Below, piece after piece: positions 27,213 through 31,824 of a DNA stretch of 31,824 nt. The notes beneath the pieces are model-generated. The model was not told the DNA's origin and did no database searches. It saw only the letters and a list, made by a program, of their open reading frames with translations. This stretch comes from Candidatus Bathyarchaeia archaeon (GTDB lineage Archaea; Thermoproteota; Bathyarchaeia; TCS64), in assembly GCA_050014495.1 (NCBI GenBank), contig JBEKDF010000032.1, forward strand, positions 1 through 31,824. The letters run 5' to 3'. The stretch's first letter is position 1, and each line of letters opens with the position of its first letter. The translations under genes were made by a program, and so were the position numbers.

Positions 27213-27914
27213 ATGACATCGAAGACACTAATCGGTATCATAGGAGACTACAAACCCAGTTATGATAACCATAAGATGACGGACCTCTCCCTTCAACATT
27301 CCTCGGGCCGCCTCGGGTTAAGTGTTGAAGCTGAATGGTTACCCACACCAACCCTCAAAGATGATGCCAAGCATATAATGGGCAAATTTGACGCCATTAT
27401 CTGCGCGCCGGGGAGCCCATACATGAGCTATGAGGGAGCACTCAACGGCATAAGATACGCCCGAGAAAACGACCTACCCTTCATAGGCACATGCGGCGGC
27501 TGCCAACACGCAATAGTCGAATACGCTCGAAACGTCATGGGCATCCACGATGCGGAGCACGCTGAGGAGCACCCCGACGCCAATACCCTCTTTGTCACCC
27601 CACTCACATGCTCGCTCGTGGGAACAGTCGCTGAAGTAATGATCCTTCCAGGGACACATGCCTCCAAGATCTATAATTCAAAGACCACGATGGAGCGATT
27701 CTACTGTAACTACGGCCTCAACCCCACCCGTAGAAAAGACATCGAGGCCGCTGGACTTCACATCTCAGGACTAGACGCAGAAGGCGAACCAAGAATACTC
27801 GAAATACCAAAAGCAAGATTCTACTTCGCAACGTTATACGTTCCCCAGGCCACCTCAACCGCTGAACACCCGCACCCCATGATGACCAATCTACTCAAAG
27901 CCACACAAACCTAG
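27213..27914 (+). CDS. Stand-alone CTP-synthase-like glutamine amidotransferase domain
   Basis: PGSPY, IRYAREN.LPFIGTCGGCQHA.VEYARNV.GI.DAEHAE, CNYGLNP; no synthetase domain. Confidence 0.85.
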   Translation: MTSKTLIGIIGDYKPSYDNHKMTDLSLQHSSGRLGLSVEAEWLPTPTLKDDAKHIMGKFDAIICAPGSPYMSYEGALNGIRYARENDLPFIGTCGGCQHAIVEYARNVMGIHDAEHAEEHPDANTLFVTPLTCSLVGTVAEVMILPGTHASKIYNSKTTMERFYCNYGLNPTRRKDIEAAGLHISGLDAEGEPRILEIPKARFYFATLYVPQATSTAEHPHPMMTNLLKATQT

Positions 27915-28197
27915 CAAACCCAATACCAACTAAATTCAACACTATAACAAGCACAGATCACCATGCGTGCGCTCAAATAAGGGGAGATTTTGATAAAGAA
28001 ATTAATGATTAAGTACTACACTTTGGGTTTGTAAAATATTCTTTAACCGCCTCAATGATGCTCCTATCGGCCAAGATACGTGCAGACCTACCCGGAACCT
28101 CAGAGATTGTGATAAGGTTACGGGAGTCGGAGACAAATACGTTGCAGTGGTCCAAGTTCCACGGAAGCCTTGCCAATCACATCAGCAACGATTCCCT

Positions 28198-28428
28198 TCA
28201 CTTCCTCTGAAAGAGCGATCTCAACCTCAGGTAGCTACTCATAGGCCCCCGGTGGCTCGCAATGTCTACTTCGAACTTGATATCCTTGAACTCGTTTCTC
28301 AACCTCTTCACGATCATATTCTTCTCATTGATGACGTCCATGATCAGTTGGATAGCCTGACGTAACATCATCCCAGGCCCACAGCAACAGCCACTCGTAG
28401 GATCCGAGTCCCAAATCTCAACCTTCAT
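28198..28428 (-). CDS. Small CCC-motif protein, ArsD-like N-terminus, possibly truncated
   Basis: MKVEIWDSDPTSGCCCGPG; follows the Fe-S protein gene on the same strand. Confidence 0.55.
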   Translation of the reverse strand: MKVEIWDSDPTSGCCCGPGMMLRQAIQLIMDVINEKNMIVKRLRNEFKDIKFEVDIASHRGPMSSYLRLRSLFQRK

Positions 28429-28448
28429 GTTTTCACAATCCGTTAGTT

Positions 28449-29009
28449 TTACAGTGTTATCGGTTGAAGCAGCCTCTTCATACCCGTGGCGTCCAGGTAG
28501 GGGCAGTTCTCGACGCTTTTCTCACCAATGAACAATTTGGAGGCGAAGGTGTAGCAGCCGCTTTCGCCACACTCCTTACAGTTTGTCTGTGGCAGTTTCT
28601 TATTGATTACCATTGGGCTCAGTTTCTTCTTCTCCTCGACTAAGTCGATAGGTATCTTTGAGTGGGTGGCCTTGTAGGCTAGGCAACGGTTCAATAGGTC
28701 AGTAATCTTCTTCTTTAGGTCCTTGAGCTCATCATCGTCCTTGATGAACGTCACCGCGACCTCTCCATTGTAACCGACGACCACATTATGTCTGTCGAAC
28801 GAGTAGCTTGTGGTCTTGGAGGACTCGGAGTACCTTGCGTTGGGCGCTGCTAGGAAGAGGATGGGTAATATGCTCTCCAGTTTCTTGTCAGTCTTGGCTA
28901 TGATTTTAAATCTCTCTGGTTCTGCCAGGCATGGTGAACGGTCGACTTCCTCGAACTTCTCTATGTATATGCCTTTGAACAGGAGCCCTCGAAAATTGTC
29001 TTTGCTCAT
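28449..29009 (-). CDS. (Fe-S)-binding protein with C-terminal putative FeS domain
   Basis: LPQTNCKECGESGCYTFASKL...CPYL; N-terminal PCLAEPER. Confidence 0.82.
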   Translation of the reverse strand: MSKDNFRGLLFKGIYIEKFEEVDRSPCLAEPERFKIIAKTDKKLESILPILFLAAPNARYSESSKTTSYSFDRHNVVVGYNGEVAVTFIKDDDELKDLKKKITDLLNRCLAYKATHSKIPIDLVEEKKKLSPMVINKKLPQTNCKECGESGCYTFASKLFIGEKSVENCPYLDATGMKRLLQPITL

Positions 29010-29141
29010 GCTCCTACTCCAACACTAGAGTTGTATGCGCGCGCGTGGATAGTAAGTGTATCAGTCATGTAATTGGTGCATTTATATGACTTTTTGCTGT
29101 GCGCACGCAAAAAGGGTCCCATGTGCGAGTGTTTTAGTTCT

Positions 29142-29369
29142 CTACTTTTTCTTGATCACGATGATTGTCTCGTCGCCATCCTTTTTGAGGGAGACGACTT
29201 CGTCGCCGAGGCGTTCGGCTAGGCGGCGTAGGTCCTCGTAGGCGGCGGGGTCGTCGGCGTGGACCTCGATGGTCTGGCCGGCGGCGATCTCGTCGAGTGC
29301 CATTCTTGTGCGGAAGACTGGTTCGGGGCAGAAGAGGCTCGTGCAGTCCAGAGTCATGTCGGCCATCAT
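29142..29369 (-). CDS. tusA: Sulfur carrier TusA/SirA family
   Basis: LDCTSLFCPEPV, ADDPAA.EDL; 75 aa. Confidence 0.9.
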   Translation of the reverse strand: MMADMTLDCTSLFCPEPVFRTRMALDEIAAGQTIEVHADDPAAYEDLRRLAERLGDEVVSLKKDGDETIIVIKKK

Positions 29370-30082
29370 TCTTCCTCCTCGGTGCTTCTGACTCTTGGGG
29401 GTTGGGTCATCGGGATCACTTCCTCCCTCACGTATTGTAGGTATTGTCCCTGGTCGACGGTGTTGAATATTGTGACTGAGCCGTCTCGGACGAGGCCGAC
29501 AGTGTAGCCGTACTTCTTGCTCTTGGCGAGTACGTACCAGGGGTCGCCGATGCTGTCGTATTCCTTGAAGAGTTTGGTGTCGACGAGGTCTGGTCCGTAG
29601 AGGCTGAGTTTGTTGATGTTTGGGATGTTCATGTTCTCGAAGAAGATGACTTTGGTGCCCTCCTTGTTGGCGATGTGGAACTTCTTGAGGGTCTCTGGGA
29701 GGATGCGGGCCTCGACTATTACGCCCATTTCGCCGAAGATGATCTCGCTTAGCCTGTTGGCGATCCTGTTTGCTATTGCCTTCTTGTCTACGACTGCTAG
29801 GTAGGTGCGGTTGTCGTGTTCGCTCATGCTGAAGAGTATCTCCTTCGTGGCTGCTGCGGGTAGAATTTTACCGCGGTGGTAGTTGTAGACGATGTGGTCG
29901 TAGCTGTAGAGTCCCGTGAGGACGCCTTCGGTGACGTTGACGTTCGCTACTTCTGTTAGGAGTGTGAGTTTGAAGTCGCCTTCGGCGTAGTCCTCCTCCT
30001 GCTTGAAGCCCTCGAGGGCGGCGGCGACGTCGGCGAGCTTCTTGTACTCCGTTGAGACGAAGACCTTCCCGGCTGTGGGCAT
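29366..30082 (-). CDS. Hypothetical protein coupled to tusA
   Basis: 238-aa ORF with strong codon bias, ATGA overlap with tusA and a TATA-like CTTAAA upstream. Confidence 0.75.
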   Translation of the reverse strand: MPTAGKVFVSTEYKKLADVAAALEGFKQEEDYAEGDFKLTLLTEVANVNVTEGVLTGLYSYDHIVYNYHRGKILPAAATKEILFSMSEHDNRTYLAVVDKKAIANRIANRLSEIIFGEMGVIVEARILPETLKKFHIANKEGTKVIFFENMNIPNINKLSLYGPDLVDTKLFKEYDSIGDPWYVLAKSKKYGYTVGLVRDGSVTIFNTVDQGQYLQYVREEVIPMTQPPRVRSTEEEE

Positions 30083-30226
30083 TGTTTACACCTTACTGGA
30101 GGGGAAGACTGGGCCCAATTTAAGGGTAATGAGAAACCAATCGCGCGCGCAACCCGAGGGGCATCAAACGATGGGACCTTTGAGAGTATGGAATCCGCGT
30201 AGGCACTGCAACCGATCGCGCGCGCG

Positions 30227-30415
30227 CTAGCTGGGTTATCTGAAGACAATATTAGCGGTTACTTCTATTTGGTTAAACTTGGGCCTGCATCGCAGGCTTC
30301 ACAAACTTCATCGACGGGTGGTGGCTCCGGGGTTCCGGGCTTCCCGTATGAGTCAATAGTTTTAGGAATCGCACTGATGGGATCACTTCTTTGGATTCTT
30401 GATCGCGATAAGTAG
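30227..30415 (+). pseudogene. C-terminal remnant of a surface protein with VPGF sorting signal
   Basis: LAGLSEDNISGYFYLVKLGPASQASQTSSTGGGSGVPGFPYESIVLGIALMGSLLWILDRDK*; begins at tract 30217-30227. Confidence 0.75.
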
Positions 30416-30614
30416 TACCGCAATTATTACCCCAATCACAATAGCTTCGGGTGTGTAAGTGGGTAAGCTTCCTCCAGAGGTTGGTGATGATGCCTGATGT
30501 AGACGAAGTGGGTGGTGTAGCCGTCTGTCCAGTGCTGTGCACCTTTACTATACTGGATGCTGCACCACATAATGACTGCTGCCATAGTATTGCACTCTAA
30601 AAGTCCAGTCGCTT
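30383..30614 (-). pseudogene. Frameshifted C-terminal remnant of a second, convergent surface protein
   Basis: Ends SGGSLPTYTPEAIVIGVIIAVLLIAIKNPKK*, preceded by S/T/P-rich pieces in shifted frames; starts at tract 30615-30624. Confidence 0.55.
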
Positions 30615-30648
30615 GCGCGCGCGCAAAGAATCAGTCATTATCTTCTTT

Positions 30649-30783
30649 CTATAACTTTTCTCCCGCTAGAGCCCTGTACCATTTTTCGTTTATCTCGGTT
30701 GTCTTTCCCTCATCTACATCAAAAAACTTGTTCTCAGTTTCACACTTCCACAGCTTAAACCCGTTTACCTCCAACTCTTTCAT
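30649..30783 (-). other. 44-aa ORF or gene remnant between tracts
   Basis: MKELEVNGFKLWKCETENKFFDVDEGKTTEINEKWYRALAGEKL*. Confidence 0.35.
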
Positions 30784-30795
30784 GGGAGCGCGCGC

Positions 30796-30947
30796 ATTTC
30801 CAGTATACCGATATCTTTCATTGTTTTTTCTGTGACTAGAAACGCTTTTTTCGCTTCGATGTGTTTCACTTCTACATCAATTTTAGCAACACGATTCACA
30901 CCAAAGATAATTTTCTCTGGGTTTCCAAATTCAGCTGTTTTGGCGAT
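30796..30947 (-). pseudogene. N-terminal fragment of an iron-containing alcohol dehydrogenase
   Basis: EFGNPEKIIFGVNRVAKIDVEVKHIEAKKAFLVTEKTMKDIGIL matches the Fe-ADH start F..P..I.FG......G.KKA.LVTD......G; tracts on both sides. Confidence 0.7.
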
Positions 30948-31016
30948 GCGCGCGCGCATTTTTAAATTAAGTCTAGTTTAAATATTTTCAAGTTTAAAAT
31001 TAATTGTGAGATCTAA

Positions 31017-31601
31017 TTGAGAAAAGACTACTTTAGAATAGCGTTTATAGGATTCATAGCGTCGCTAATTTTTTACTTTATTTCGTATTATTTTGAACAC
31101 TCGGGTGTTTCTCTAGTTATCGCCTTAGTTCTTCTCGTAGCTACAATCTACATTTTCGTCCTTAGTATAATTAGGTCAAAACCTACGCCACCATCACCCC
31201 AACCGACGTCTCAACCTTCGCCACCATCTCAAACATCAACTCCTCAACCTTCGCCTCCACCTCAAACGGTGTCTCCATTTCAAACAGAGATGATTGAGGA
31301 AACCGCAAAGCCTGAGCAGTCTTCCACTCCGCCCTCGCCACAATCTTCGACACCGATCTGCCCAACTTGCGGACAGCCACTTGTTTTCTTGGAAGATTCC
31401 AAGAAGTGGTATTGTCAGAATGAGAAAAAGATAGTTATCACACCATCTCAGATAATCGAGAAAGAATTGGAGGCTGAAAAAAGGGAACTGCATAAAGAGC
31501 TTGATATTCTGGATAAACATCTGTCAGAAGGAAAAGTGAGTAAAAAAGTCTATAGGGAGCTTAAACACAAATATAAGTCACGATTAAAAGAAATAGAATA
31601 A
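31017..31601 (+). CDS. Membrane protein with Pro/Ser/Gln linker, zinc-ribbon-like motif and coiled-coil tail
   Basis: Two N-terminal TM helices; PSPPPQ repeats; CPTCGQPL...WYCQNE. Confidence 0.75.
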   Translation: MRKDYFRIAFIGFIASLIFYFISYYFEHSGVSLVIALVLLVATIYIFVLSIIRSKPTPPSPQPTSQPSPPSQTSTPQPSPPPQTVSPFQTEMIEETAKPEQSSTPPSPQSSTPICPTCGQPLVFLEDSKKWYCQNEKKIVITPSQIIEKELEAEKRELHKELDILDKHLSEGKVSKKVYRELKHKYKSRLKEIE

Positions 31602-31755
31602 AGAGCACCCACCAATCCTAGAAGATGAGATAAATTAATAGAACTTCATTGTACCTATTTTTTAATCCGAGTTTTTAAAAAAAGAGTATAATAGAAAAAA
31701 ACGCGCGCGTATTTCAGTTTATATTCTAGGCTTTCCAGATAGAATTGGATATAAA

Positions 31756-31824
31756 ATGCCAGAGGAAAAAAAGACCTTAGGGGAAAAGGCGGAGCATGCA
31801 GGAGCAGTTGTAGTAAACGGAGTT
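31756..31824 (+). CDS. Partial CDS running off the window end
   Basis: MPEEKKTLGEKAEHAGAVVVNGV..., with TTTATA about 37 nt upstream. Confidence 0.5.
   Translation, partial: MPEEKKTLGEKAEHAGAVVVNGV

Larger units (their letters stand above)
115..31709. repeat. Dispersed alternating (CG)n tracts, 21 copies of at least 8 nt
   Basis: Starts at 115, 561, 2462, 8089, 11092, 12085, 12199, 12256, 12983, 14236, 16605, 16794, 25006, 27052, 29037, 30142, 30217, 30615, 30788, 30948 and 31702. 6-7-nt copies at 193, 2259, 2689, 4202, 7589, 8369, 9698, 16377 and 18278. Confidence 0.95.

Noticed and set aside
6790..27409. GCGCGC hexamers inside leuA (about 6790), DUF1214 (about 13579) and the CTP-synthase-like gene (about 27403)
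   Set aside because: Only 6 nt long, they encode conserved residues and homology continues on both sides, so they are not counted as junctions.
30151..30216. Ferredoxin-like reading IGCSAYADSILSKVPSFD on the minus strand
   Set aside because: Only one Cys remains and the piece is too short to assign.
1..31824. Integrase, transposase, tRNA or rRNA genes; the many short antisense ORFs in the track
   Set aside because: No recognisable motifs or cloverleafs by eye. The short ORFs overlap well-supported genes on the opposite strand or in another frame.

Overview
Archaeal-type accessory region. Bathyarchaeia-like is my inference from gene content, TATA-like promoters and PGF-like C-terminal anchors. 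It carries about 35 intact genes: three peptidases (C69, M20, M19), leuC/leuD with a nonsense-disrupted leuA/cimA, thioredoxins, an MFS transporter, an AroD-like protein, DUF1214/DUF1254, a PQQ-repeat surface protein, flavin reductase/HxlR, TatD, and a metal/arsenic/sulfur-redox island (arsR, arsC, HMA, P1B-ATPase, GcvH-like, two DGC proteins, OsmC, Fe-S protein, TusA). No integrase, transposase, RNA gene or CRISPR array is recognisable. The main signal is architectural. I count 21 perfect alternating (CG)n tracts of 8-11 nt plus many shorter or decayed copies, and none of the long ones lies inside a recognisable intact gene. They sit at module boundaries and at the exact breakpoints of truncated genes: a GntP permease, aldo/keto reductase, Fe-ADH, a methyltransferase, several surface-protein tails and a probable Cas1 tail. 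A second dispersed motif (ATAGCCTTATCCTCACTTCCACCTGA and variants with a shared core but different flanks) looks like a recombination-site family. Together these suggest an undescribed DNA capture, deletion or rejoining process that leaves (GC)n scars. An assembly or library artefact must still be excluded.
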